Source: an uncultured Clostridium sp. (GTDB lineage: Bacteria > Bacillota > Clostridia > TANB77 > CAG-508). From it: a stretch of DNA of 59,394 nucleotides. Below, in pieces: positions 29,977-39,772 of the stretch (position 1 is its first letter; every line of letters begins with the position of its first letter). The notes beneath the pieces were generated by a model. The model worked only from the letters and a program-made list of their open reading frames with translations, was not told the origin of the DNA and searched no databases. The stretch covers positions 1 to 59,394 of the forward strand of contig CAMEUC010000001.1 in assembly GCA_945937855.1 (NCBI GenBank). The letters run 5' to 3'. The position numbers were made by a program, and so were the translations under genes.

Positions 29977-30550
29977 TTATTTCCTTTCTAATAGATAATA
30001 TGATTGTGGAAATGTTAAAATGTTTTTACCATATTCTATATTCATTTTTCTATTTGTTGTGTGTTTAAAACCAAGCTTCAAAAAGATATGAGCTGCAATT
30101 CTATTATCTTTAAATGTTGAAACGGATATTGGGTAATCATTAAAATTATTTAATATAGCTTTTAGTAAAGATTGCCCGATTTTCTCATTTTGATATTTTG
30201 GGTCTACAAATAATTTTTCAATGTAATATCGTTTATTCCCTTTATTATCAACCCCTAATCTAATTATAGTGAATCCAGAAATACCTAATAAAATTTGATT
30301 TTTATGCCCTCCGAAACCCTTGTGGCACAAGGGTTTTAGAAGACGATTTTTTTGAATTTTTTATAATTTTTTTATGAGATAGCATTATATGTGCATTTTT
30401 GTCATCTAATAATTTTTCCAAATCTTTTTTTAAACTAGTTTTTGTTTGATAATAAAGGTATTCTGAAATTTTTAACATAGGAGCATAGTTTTCTTTCCAA
30501 CAATCATATTCTATTTCGGCACATCTTTGTAAATCTTCTTGACTAATCAA
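29977..30550 (-). CDS. GNAT-family N-acetyltransferase, needs a +1 shift at CGG (30313-30311)
   Basis: ORF 30302..30550 ends ...KTLVPQGF-RRA*. The minus strand reads GGG TTT CGG AGG GCA TAA. The +1 frame gives GF-GGHKNQILLGISGFTIIRLGVDNKGNKRYYIEKLFVDPKYQNEKIGQSLLKAIL, which carries the acetyl-CoA-binding motif Q/RxxGxG/A. Segments are 30314..30550 plus 29977..30312 (about 190 aa, a normal GNAT size). Confidence 0.7.
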
Positions 30551-33053
30551 AAATGTCTCCTCCTAACATATTAGATTCATCTTTACTGTCTTTTGATTCT
30601 TCTGTTTCTGTATTATTTATAACCCCATTAATCAATAATGGTAGAAATGTTTGACGAGCTAAAACTTTGTCTGTTGTATAAGCTGTAAGATATGCATTTG
30701 GTTGGAATATTACAAAATTCATATCTTTTGCTCTTGTTACTGCTGTATAGAATAAAGTACTATCTAAAAGAATTGTATGTCTTGTATCCATTACAAATAT
30801 TACTGCTTTATTTTCAGAACCTTGCATACTATGTACGGTTAAAGCATATGCCAAATCAAAGTTAGCTAATTCTACACTTCTAAAATGAACTATTCTACCA
30901 TCATCAAATGTAACAAGAAAACTTGACCTATCATCAGAGATATCAGTTATTGTTCCTAATTCTCCATTAAATACCATTTGCTCGTAATCATTTTTTCTTC
31001 TAATTACTCTACATCCTAATTTAAAAGTTCTTGGAGTTTTATCCTTATCCTGATATGTTCCACTTTTTATTTCAACATCTTCATCAGCTAAAAGTAATTC
31101 TTGAATTTCTTGATTGAAACTATCTGTACAATTTATCATATTACTTTTCATAGGTACTATAATTGATATTTCTTCTGGAGTAAGTGGAGTATCTCCTCCA
31201 ATGCCCCCACCACTAATCAATTCTTTATATAGCATAATTGCTTGTGTATGAATAGATGTGGCATTTAATAAATTATAATAATGCATATCATTTCTTTCTC
31301 CGTGAGTAACGTGTAATGGTAAGGTTCCAGATGCATCATAATCATTTCCTACTGCAAATACATCTATTTGTTGTCTTATGTTATTTGCATCTATTTTTAT
31401 TCCTGATTTTGCTGCTTGCCTATGAATTTTTGTTAATCTTTTAATACAGAAATTACTTGTTAGCAAATCCTTTGCAACTGAACCTGCTCCTATTGCAGGT
31501 AATTGAGCATCATCAAATACTAATACAATCTTTCCTCCACTTTTTATTGCTCTTAATAAAGACAAAAATAAACCAACATTTATCATAGAGCACTCATCAA
31601 CAATAACTATATCATAAGGTAACGGATTTTCTTCATTATATAGAAAACGTCCTTCTCTAAAGTTTAACAATCTATGAATAGTAAATGAATCCATTCCAGT
31701 AGCTTCTCTAATTCTTATAGCAGCTTTTGCAGCTAGTGCACAACAAGCGATATATTTGTCTTTCCATAATTCAATTATTCCTTTAATAGTTGTTGATTTA
31801 CCAGCTCCAGCGTGAGCAGTTAAAATGATTACATCATTATCTAATGTAGATTTAATTGTATCAACTTGTTCTTCTGTTAAGCTTAAAGGTTCTCCTGCTT
31901 TAGCAGACATATAATCATTAGTTCTTTGTACTGCTTCTTCTAAAGTGTATTTTGGAACTAAATGTTCTCCTTCATTTACTCTGTTTAAATGTTTCAAAAT
32001 ACTTTTTTCTGCTCTAAAATATTTTGCAAGACCAATTCTTTCTTCATCTACATAAAACATTGAACCGCATCCTAATAATTTTGTTAATTCTCTTTCTTGA
32101 GAGAAATAATCTTTAACACAGGGTTGACATTCAGGGATATTTTCTTTTATTAAGTGAGCCATACTATGTTTTACATCTATAGGATTGTTAATAAATATCC
32201 AAGTATGCCCTCCATCAGAAGCATTTGCTATATCTTCTAAAGCATTCTTGCAGAAAGAAATTAAACGAGATTCGCTATTTATCATAGTTGGTTTAAGAGC
32301 TAATGCCAATTTATCAACTCTTTTCCATCCAAATCTTGCTAATTGCATAAGTACATATGGGTCATCTTTTATTTTTTGTAAAACTATTGCTGGGCTATTT
32401 CCTAATTTATTATTTTTACTATTCGTTGGGTCATCAAAATTTCCTAATGAAGTAATGGTTCCTAATGAAAATTCTGGAAATTGTCCTAATGTTGCAATTA
32501 GTTCTACATAATCTCTGTATTGTAAAACATTTCTATGGATATTGTCCATAGCTTCTTGTCTTTGTCCTTTAAGTCTTGGTAATCTAAAATTTTCATCTGC
32601 AAATATTTTTTCTACAAAATCTGGGCACTCTGCTTTAATAAGATTATACTGGTTATTTGTTACTAAAAATTTTAGATACTTATCTAAATCATCATATTTT
32701 TGATTTTCCATTTCAAAAACTGCAACAATTTTATATTGATAATTATTATATTTTTCATTAAGCTCTAATTTTGCTTTAAACTTATAGCTTTTCATTGGAA
32801 TAAGTTCTATTGTATCTCCACAAACAATCCCTGTTGTTTTTTTTGTATAAGCATTTAATGCTAATTTAGGTAAAGGGCTATCTGTTTCAAATTCACAAAT
32901 ATTAAAATACATATTTGGGTCTTTAAAAGAAGGACTAGAGTATATTGTTCTATTTATGGTTCCTATGAAATAATATACTCCATTTTCATCTGGGATACCT
33001 TCTTCCATACATTCTTTAGCTGAATGACCAATTCTTTCGTCATATAATCCCAT
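30543..33053 (-). CDS. RecD/RecD2-like superfamily 1 helicase
   Basis: Walker A LTAHAGAGKSTT, Walker B IVIVDECSM, then VFDDAQLPAIGAG, ALTVHSMQGSE and YTAVTRAK. Confidence 0.8.
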   Translation of the reverse strand: MGLYDERIGHSAKECMEEGIPDENGVYYFIGTINRTIYSSPSFKDPNMYFNICEFETDSPLPKLALNAYTKKTTGIVCGDTIELIPMKSYKFKAKLELNEKYNNYQYKIVAVFEMENQKYDDLDKYLKFLVTNNQYNLIKAECPDFVEKIFADENFRLPRLKGQRQEAMDNIHRNVLQYRDYVELIATLGQFPEFSLGTITSLGNFDDPTNSKNNKLGNSPAIVLQKIKDDPYVLMQLARFGWKRVDKLALALKPTMINSESRLISFCKNALEDIANASDGGHTWIFINNPIDVKHSMAHLIKENIPECQPCVKDYFSQERELTKLLGCGSMFYVDEERIGLAKYFRAEKSILKHLNRVNEGEHLVPKYTLEEAVQRTNDYMSAKAGEPLSLTEEQVDTIKSTLDNDVIILTAHAGAGKSTTIKGIIELWKDKYIACCALAAKAAIRIREATGMDSFTIHRLLNFREGRFLYNEENPLPYDIVIVDECSMINVGLFLSLLRAIKSGGKIVLVFDDAQLPAIGAGSVAKDLLTSNFCIKRLTKIHRQAAKSGIKIDANNIRQQIDVFAVGNDYDASGTLPLHVTHGERNDMHYYNLLNATSIHTQAIMLYKELISGGGIGGDTPLTPEEISIIVPMKSNMINCTDSFNQEIQELLLADEDVEIKSGTYQDKDKTPRTFKLGCRVIRRKNDYEQMVFNGELGTITDISDDRSSFLVTFDDGRIVHFRSVELANFDLAYALTVHSMQGSENKAVIFVMDTRHTILLDSTLFYTAVTRAKDMNFVIFQPNAYLTAYTTDKVLARQTFLPLLINGVINNTETEESKDSKDESNMLGGDIFD

Positions 33054-33056
33054 AAA

Positions 33057-36000
33057 TTAAAATCCTCCATTCTCTTCTAAATTTTCTTTTCTTGCTTTTA
33101 ACCAAACTTGAAAATCTTTAACTTCTTTTATAAACATTTGATTGTTTTCTCCTTTTCTTCCTAAAAGAGCTATACATTTGCCTTTCTGTAATAAATCTCC
33201 ATATGTTTTAAATATACTAGACCAAGCAACAGATTCTATTATACCATTAATTGTATATAAATCAATATATGCAAAAACATTATTATTTTTGTCTTTTTTC
33301 CTTTTTAAGTCAACTACAACTGCAAGTAATACACCTTCAGCACCTTGACTTACGTCATTCCAATCTGTCACATAATCTTTTACTTCTTTCAATGGATTAT
33401 TAGTTAAAAACATTGATAATGTTTCAAATTCCCACATATATTCATCATCCATATATTTATCAATAAGTTCTTTTCTTTGAGTTTCTGCTTTTAAGTTTTG
33501 TTCGTCATCAAATTGTTTTTTACGTCTATGATTATATGCTTCTAATAAATCTGCATTATTTTTCTTTTTATCTGGGTCATTAAATTTTTTAGGGTCTATT
33601 CCATATTTTAGTAAAGTAGCTTCTTTTGGAGAAGGAATAGTTTTTACAGGTTTATATTCTCTTCTGTCAATTACTGCATTAAAATATGTTAATAATTTTT
33701 TTCGTTTTTCTTCAGAACCAAATGCTCCAGATTTTATAAGTTGGACAATATGAGATTTACTACATCCACTTCTTTCTATAAAATCTTTTAAGCCAGTATA
33801 AGGTTTATTTTCTAATATTTTTGTTACCACTGATTCTCCCAATCCTTTAATTGCTTGTAATCCAAATAAGATTTTATTATCCTTAACAACTGCCGTAAAA
33901 TCTTTTCTTGAATTATTAATTTGTGGTGGTAAAACATCTATTCCTAACTTATAACATTCATTAATTAATATTCCTATTCTTGAAACATCTCCACTATCTG
34001 CATTTAAACAAGCTGTCATAAAAGCTACTGGATAATGATATTTCAAATAGGCTGTTAAATAACTAAGTAATCCATAACTCACAGAGTGCCCACGATTGAA
34101 TGAGTATCCTGTTTGTTTCAAAATTAATTCCCAAAGTTGGTCTAATTGTTCTGTAGTCCATCCCTTTGCTGACAACTTCTCTCTAAAATCTGTTTCAAGT
34201 TTTGCCATAACGTCTAATTTTTTCTTACCTATAGCACGTCTTGCATTGTCTACTTCATTTTCTGGAAAACCAGCATACCTAAATATTTGAAGAACTTGTT
34301 CTTGGTATAGTAATATTAGATTTGTTGTTTTAAATATTGGTCTTAAGTCTTCGTGTATTAAATGAGCATTTTCTGGGTTTAATTTATTAGCACAATATTC
34401 TGGAAAGCCATCTTTTGTTCCGAGGTCTATTTGCTGCATTAATTGCAATAACGTCCTCTATATCATTTGCTTTGGCTTGAATACACATTTTTCTCGCTTC
34501 TAATGACTCCATTTGAAATACTCCAACCGTATGTCCAATTTTATATATATTGTCATATACCTCTTCATCATCTAAATTTAAGTTATTGATATCTACATCA
34601 TCCCAAGTCAATCCAGCAATTTTTAAAGCATCGTCTACAATATCTAATGTTTTTAATCCTAAAAAGTCCATTTTGATAAGTGATAAATCATCCATAGCAG
34701 CGTGCATTTCGAGTTGTAGCATTTTGTTCCCATCTTTATCTTGACATAATGGAGCGTATTCAGTTACGGGTCTAGGGGCTATAATTGTTCCTGCTGCGTG
34801 TCTACCACGAGATTTTGGTAGTCCTTCTAATTGTAAAACGTAATAAAACCATTTTGGAAATTGTTGATAAACTCTTGTCATTTTAGGATTAACAGATAAC
34901 ACGTTTTGTAATGTTTCTTCTTTCTCTGTTTCTTCTCCTAAGTCATCTATTGTTTTAACTGTTGGTATCATTTTTGCTACTTCATCTCTTAAATTATAAG
35001 GAATTTTTTTATAATAAGGACTTTCTGGGTCTTCATCAAGAACTTTGCCTATATCTCTAATTGCTACTTTAGTTGATAGAGTATTATAAGTACAAATAGG
35101 TGCTACATTTGCTCTACCAAATAAATCTTCGGAAATTTCTACAAATTCTCTACGTCTTTCTTTACTTATATCCATATCATAATCTGCCATAGATTTCCTT
35201 CCTAAATTTGCAAATCTTGAAAAATCTAATTTCCAACGCACAGAATCTATTTGAGTTACCCCTAAACAGAATAAACATAAACAATTTGCCCCTGACCCTC
35301 TGGAATATCCTAATGGAATGCCCTTTGCTTTAGCAGCGTTTGTTAACATTTGTAACATTATAAAATATTCACTATAATGTAGGGCTTTAATTACTGGTAA
35401 TTCCTCATTGATTCTTTTTCTTCTTACTTCTTGTTTCTCCTCAGAAAGATTCTTGAACTTTTCATCAAACCCTTTCCAAATTAAATATTCTACATATTCA
35501 TCTCCATTCTCAAATTCTGTAGGAATATCTATAATAGGCATCTGATTTTCTTGATGTAACCCTATATCAATATCTTCAACCATATCTGCAATTTTTAATG
35601 TATTATCTATGGCTTTTTGAACTAAATCCATCTTAATATCGAATTGGGAACAAGTATCTATTACCTCTTGATATGTTTGTAAATAACATCCTTCATAATT
35701 TTCTCCAACTTCTCTTTCTGTCCCAATTTTAACAAATACACTATGTACATCAAGTTGATTTTTATTAATCATATGTGCATCTGTAGTAATAATTATTTTG
35801 TCTGTATTTACTTCTTTTGCAAAATCTAATATATTATTATTTAATTGCATTTGATACTCATTAGGATGTGATTGAATCTCTAAATAAAAATCATCAAATG
35901 TTTCATTACATAAATTATAAAAAGCTTTTGCCTCGTCTTTTTTTCCTAACTCTAACATTCTACTTATACGACCAATCATACAGGCAGAACAAGCAATAAT

Positions 36001-36408
36001 TCCTTTTCCCCAACCATTATCTTTTATTCTTTGAACTTCTATTAATGGTTTTTTATAAAATCCATCTGTAGCTGCCCAACTAGAAATCTTAAATAGGTTT
36101 TGTAATCCTTCTTTATTTTTTGCTAATAATATTAAGTGGTATCTAGGTTGTTTATAATCTTTTGTGTCTGCTTTCTCTAAAGCGTTATCTACTTCATAAG
36201 CTTCTTCACCGATAATTGGTTTAATGCCATAGGCTTTACATTCTTTAACAAAATCTACAAAACCTGACATATATCCGTGGTCAGTTATTGCAATAGCTGG
36301 TTGATTATTATCTACTGCAAATTTAACAATATCTGGAATCTTTGCAATACTATCAAGAAGTGAACCAACAGCAGTATGTACGTGTAAATTTACAAAATTC
36401 TGCTCCAT
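33057..36408 (-). CDS. dnaE: DNA polymerase III alpha subunit (DnaE-type, N-terminal PHP domain), needs a +1 shift at CGG (34422-34420)
   Basis: PHP motif NLHVHTAVGSLLDS. ORF 34387..36438 ends ...AINAANRP-RNKRWLSRILC*. The minus strand reads AGA CCT CGG AAC AAA. The +1 frame gives RP-GTKDGFPEYCANKLNPENAHLIHEDL... and continues into ORF 33057..34448. The start is taken as ATG 36408 (MEQNFVNLHVHT), 9-10 nt after AAAGGAA. Segments are 34423..36408 plus 33057..34421 (about 1116 aa). Confidence 0.85.
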
Positions 36409-36425
36409 CTTACTCATTCCTTTCT

Positions 36426-37985
36426 TTATTTTCTCCAAACATATTTTTTCATTCCTGCGTCAAATATTTGAAGATATCCTTTACTTTCCATAATTTCCTT
36501 TTCGCTTTGTTGCCAAAAGTCATCATTTTTATGTTCTTTATATTTATAATTTTCATCAAATCCATACAATCTGTGCATATATTGTTTTTGACAGTCTCTT
36601 CTCCAATAAACAATATTGTTTCTTTTTACCCACCAATAACTTGGTGCTGTAATTCCTTCAATTTTAAATCCAAGTTTATCATATACCTTTCCACTCATTT
36701 TTGTTATATCGGAAAAAGAAATAATTTTTTGTGGATTATGTTGTTTTATAAAATATGTAAATAGCTTACTTGCTCCACCAATTACTCTATATCCGCTTTT
36801 TGTGCAAAAACGAGATAGTGTACAAATATCTTTCTTAATAGAAAATGTCATACAAGATATTAATTCTTCATTAAAAAACAATCCATAATTATATTTAGAA
36901 TTAGATGTTTTTCCTTGAAGATGGTACTTCTCATAAAATGAATTAGCAACATAATTAGTAATTTCTTTTATTTTGCATTTTCTTGCATAAATATTTGTAA
37001 TATTAATATTAAAGATATTATCTAAATAATCAAATATTTTTTTATTGTTTTCTGGTAAGAGTTCCCATTCAAAAATATGTATTAAACGAATTGAATTTTT
37101 CTCACATTCTAAACTTTTTTCTTGGTGATATCTTCTATCCTTTGGAGGAAAGTTAAGATATTTTGAAGAAGAGTGGCAACATATCCCATTTACTTCAATC
37201 CCTATATTAAACTTAGGAATAAAAAAGTCTATTTCTAGTGGAGGGATAACATTTCTATTATGTAAAGAATATTCTATATTATTTTTATCTAAAAAATCCT
37301 TAATAGTTTGTTCATATATAGAAGATGTTTCTATTTTAAAAAAGTCATTTAATTCCCATTTATTATCTTTTATGATTTTATATATATTTGTTATGTCATA
37401 ATTAGATTCTTTTGCAAAATCAAGTATATTTGGAGGTCTTGAATTATTTTGTTGGAATAAGTTAGACCATTGTTTTAACAAAGAATAATTATGTAATATG
37501 TCAATATATTTTTTGTCTATGTTCATTTGGTTGCTACTTGTAATTCCATATGTTTCATTCATTTTCTTCTGAATCAATCCATTTTTAAAAAAACTATCTG
37601 CCCCATATCTTTGTTCCATTGTTTTTTTTGCTTTATTTCTAACTACAGTGTTTGAAAGGGTACATTTAACTCCATATTTTTGAAGATTTGTATTTTCAAT
37701 ACGTTGTTTAACACATTCTTTATTAGGACATTGTTGCTTTTGCTTTCCGAAAAACGCATCTGCTCTCATATCAAATATTGTACCACATAGATTATGTTTA
37801 AACTTCAACTTTGTTCTAGCATTAATATATTCAGTACTCAACAAAGAATACTCATCTTGATATAAATTTTCTATTTCTTTTTTCAATTGAGTAAGTTTAT
37901 CTTTTTTAATTGCGATTCTCCTTTCTAAAAAATCTTTCAACTTTTTTGATAATGAAATTATACTATAAGTTGAAAGATTTGTCAA
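36426..37985 (-). CDS. Endonuclease-like protein (Vsr/PD-(D/E)XK-like core), possible free-standing homing endonuclease; start uncertain
   Basis: N-terminal repeats of the form T..(K/R)YG (TNLQKYGV, TMEQRYGA, MNETYGI). The central segment LEIDFFIPKFNIGIEVNGICCHSS resembles Vsr/DUF559-type nuclease cores. The C-terminal 180 aa are unassigned. The track TTG start (37985) lies inside the -35 box of a consensus promoter. A real start downstream of RBS AGGAG (37922-37918) is more likely, for example ATT 37910 or TTG 37886. Confidence 0.5.
   Translation of the reverse strand: MTNLSTYSIISLSKKLKDFLERRIAIKKDKLTQLKKEIENLYQDEYSLLSTEYINARTKLKFKHNLCGTIFDMRADAFFGKQKQQCPNKECVKQRIENTNLQKYGVKCTLSNTVVRNKAKKTMEQRYGADSFFKNGLIQKKMNETYGITSSNQMNIDKKYIDILHNYSLLKQWSNLFQQNNSRPPNILDFAKESNYDITNIYKIIKDNKWELNDFFKIETSSIYEQTIKDFLDKNNIEYSLHNRNVIPPLEIDFFIPKFNIGIEVNGICCHSSSKYLNFPPKDRRYHQEKSLECEKNSIRLIHIFEWELLPENNKKIFDYLDNIFNINITNIYARKCKIKEITNYVANSFYEKYHLQGKTSNSKYNYGLFFNEELISCMTFSIKKDICTLSRFCTKSGYRVIGGASKLFTYFIKQHNPQKIISFSDITKMSGKVYDKLGFKIEGITAPSYWWVKRNNIVYWRRDCQKQYMHRLYGFDENYKYKEHKNDDFWQQSEKEIMESKGYLQIFDAGMKKYVWRK
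37957..37985 (-). promoter_or_regulatory. Consensus sigma-70-type promoter
   Basis: The minus strand reads TTGACA (37985-37980), then AATCTTTCAACTTATAG (17 nt), then TATAAT (37962-37957). The spacer begins AATCTTT, as in the promoters at 56967 and 57088. Confidence 0.65.
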
Positions 37986-37995
37986 GTAATTTTAA

Positions 37996-39759
37996 TTAAA
38001 AATCAAAATTATCTATTTCATTTTTTGCTTCAATAATTTCGTAATCATCAACAATCATTTGATTTTTTGTTCTTCCTGCGAAGCTACTTATTCCTAATTT
38101 GCCAACAACAGTAATAGTATATTGTTTTTTAGGGTCATAATCTTTGCCATTTGCTATTCTTAAAATTTGTTCTTCACTCGAACATCTAAAAAACATAAAT
38201 TCTATTTTAGAATATGTATATTTTACAGTATCTGATTTTTTACCTAATACATCTAAATTCATTGGATAAAAAGGAATATTTTCTATAACAAATGTTGGTT
38301 CTTCTATTCCTTTTCCCCATAAATTTTTATATGTCTGTATTAAGAAGAAATCTGATGGTGCTATATCTGATATATTTGAAATAATAAAATCAACTATATG
38401 CTCACTTTGTAAAACTTCATTTCCATATATATCTCTAAAATATTGTTGAAGTTTTTCTTTATTAGATAAAGGGAAAGAGAATCCAGCAGCTTGTTGATGC
38501 CCTTGTGCAAATGGAACCAATCCACTCTTTATGATTGTATCTTTAAAATTTATATCTGGGAATCCATTGTTAACTCTTAATGAGCCACCTAAAATTCCTT
38601 TTTTTGTATTTTGTGTACCCATCATTACAGGTCTCTTATATTTTGAAGCTAAATTCATAGCTGTTAATCCTACTATCTCTGTATTAGAAACTAAATTTGT
38701 AACATCAATAATAAGTACTGGACAATTTAAGTCTTCCTCTGATATTGAATTTGATACATCTTCTAATAATTTTTGTTTTTCTTCATCTTGTGATTCTTTA
38801 TAACCCTGCATTATATTAATAATTTCTTTACAAATACCTTTCCTTGTTGATAAATCTTCTTCTGGAGAAATAAAACAAGTAAATAATTTTTCTTTTTCTT
38901 CAACTGTTCCTAGTCTTAATAATGCGTTAACTAATGGAGCAATCTTAAAAGAAACATCTATTGGATAGATATATCTTTCAAAATCTCCAGCTACATCTAC
39001 TCCAGTTTTTTTAACTAATATTTTTAAAAATGGATTCACTAAATTTTCTTGTAGGATTCCTTGTTGTATAAAATATCTTGTTTCGTAATCACTTGTATCC
39101 ATAACATCTGAGATGTTTCCTAATGCAACTAAATCTAAATAATCGTTTGCGTGGCTAGTAAAAAGTTCATCATCTATAGCTTGTAAAAATCTATAAACGA
39201 TTCCTACCCCAGAAAATGCTTTATTTTTATATTTCTCAGAGGTTTGATTGTTAATGATAATTGCATTTTCACTTTCTTTATCTACAATGTGATGGTCAAT
39301 TACTAAAACATCTATATCTGCATCTTTAAACTTTTTATGTTGTTCGAAATCATTACTTCCTCCATCTGGAGTTATAATTAATTTTGTATGTGGGTCAATT
39401 TCAATATCCTCAGAAAGACCGTGTCCCTTTCCACTATGCGTTACAATATTCCAATTTATTTTTGGTAAGTTTTCTTCTTTAGTTACAACTTGTAAATAGT
39501 TGTATAATGTTGCTGATGAACATATCCCATCAACATCTGGGTCAACAACTAATGAAATCATATCTTTATTTTTAATATGTTTCAATAAAGTTTGAACACC
39601 AATATCTATATTATTCAAATCAGAGTATGAATTTTGTTCTAAGTCTTCTTTATTGCTCTTCATAAACTCTTCAATGTTTGTTATTCCTCTGTTATTAAGA
39701 ACAGTTTGCATTAAATGATTAATATCATTTGCACTATTCTTGATTAATTCATATTTCAT
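37996..39759 (-). CDS. RecJ-like DHH-family single-strand DNA exonuclease
   Basis: DHH motifs VVDPDVDG, ITPDGGSND and VIDHH, plus DHHA1-like GHQQAAG. Confidence 0.75.
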   Translation of the reverse strand: MKYELIKNSANDINHLMQTVLNNRGITNIEEFMKSNKEDLEQNSYSDLNNIDIGVQTLLKHIKNKDMISLVVDPDVDGICSSATLYNYLQVVTKEENLPKINWNIVTHSGKGHGLSEDIEIDPHTKLIITPDGGSNDFEQHKKFKDADIDVLVIDHHIVDKESENAIIINNQTSEKYKNKAFSGVGIVYRFLQAIDDELFTSHANDYLDLVALGNISDVMDTSDYETRYFIQQGILQENLVNPFLKILVKKTGVDVAGDFERYIYPIDVSFKIAPLVNALLRLGTVEEKEKLFTCFISPEEDLSTRKGICKEIINIMQGYKESQDEEKQKLLEDVSNSISEEDLNCPVLIIDVTNLVSNTEIVGLTAMNLASKYKRPVMMGTQNTKKGILGGSLRVNNGFPDINFKDTIIKSGLVPFAQGHQQAAGFSFPLSNKEKLQQYFRDIYGNEVLQSEHIVDFIISNISDIAPSDFFLIQTYKNLWGKGIEEPTFVIENIPFYPMNLDVLGKKSDTVKYTYSKIEFMFFRCSSEEQILRIANGKDYDPKKQYTITVVGKLGISSFAGRTKNQMIVDDYEIIEAKNEIDNFDF

Positions 39760-39772
39760 TATATTTTACTCC

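Noticed and set aside
30314-30336. The 23-nt perfect palindrome as an intrinsic terminator.
   Set aside because: No U tract follows it on either strand, and it lies inside the GNAT coding sequence.
30343-30357. Slippage in the A7 run (TTCAAAAAAATCG on the - strand) as the cause of the GNAT frame change.
   Set aside because: The frame change is compatible with that window. However, the CGG-A site 10 codons downstream matches the six other cases exactly, and the junction there gives a clean product. The A-run explanation is not needed.
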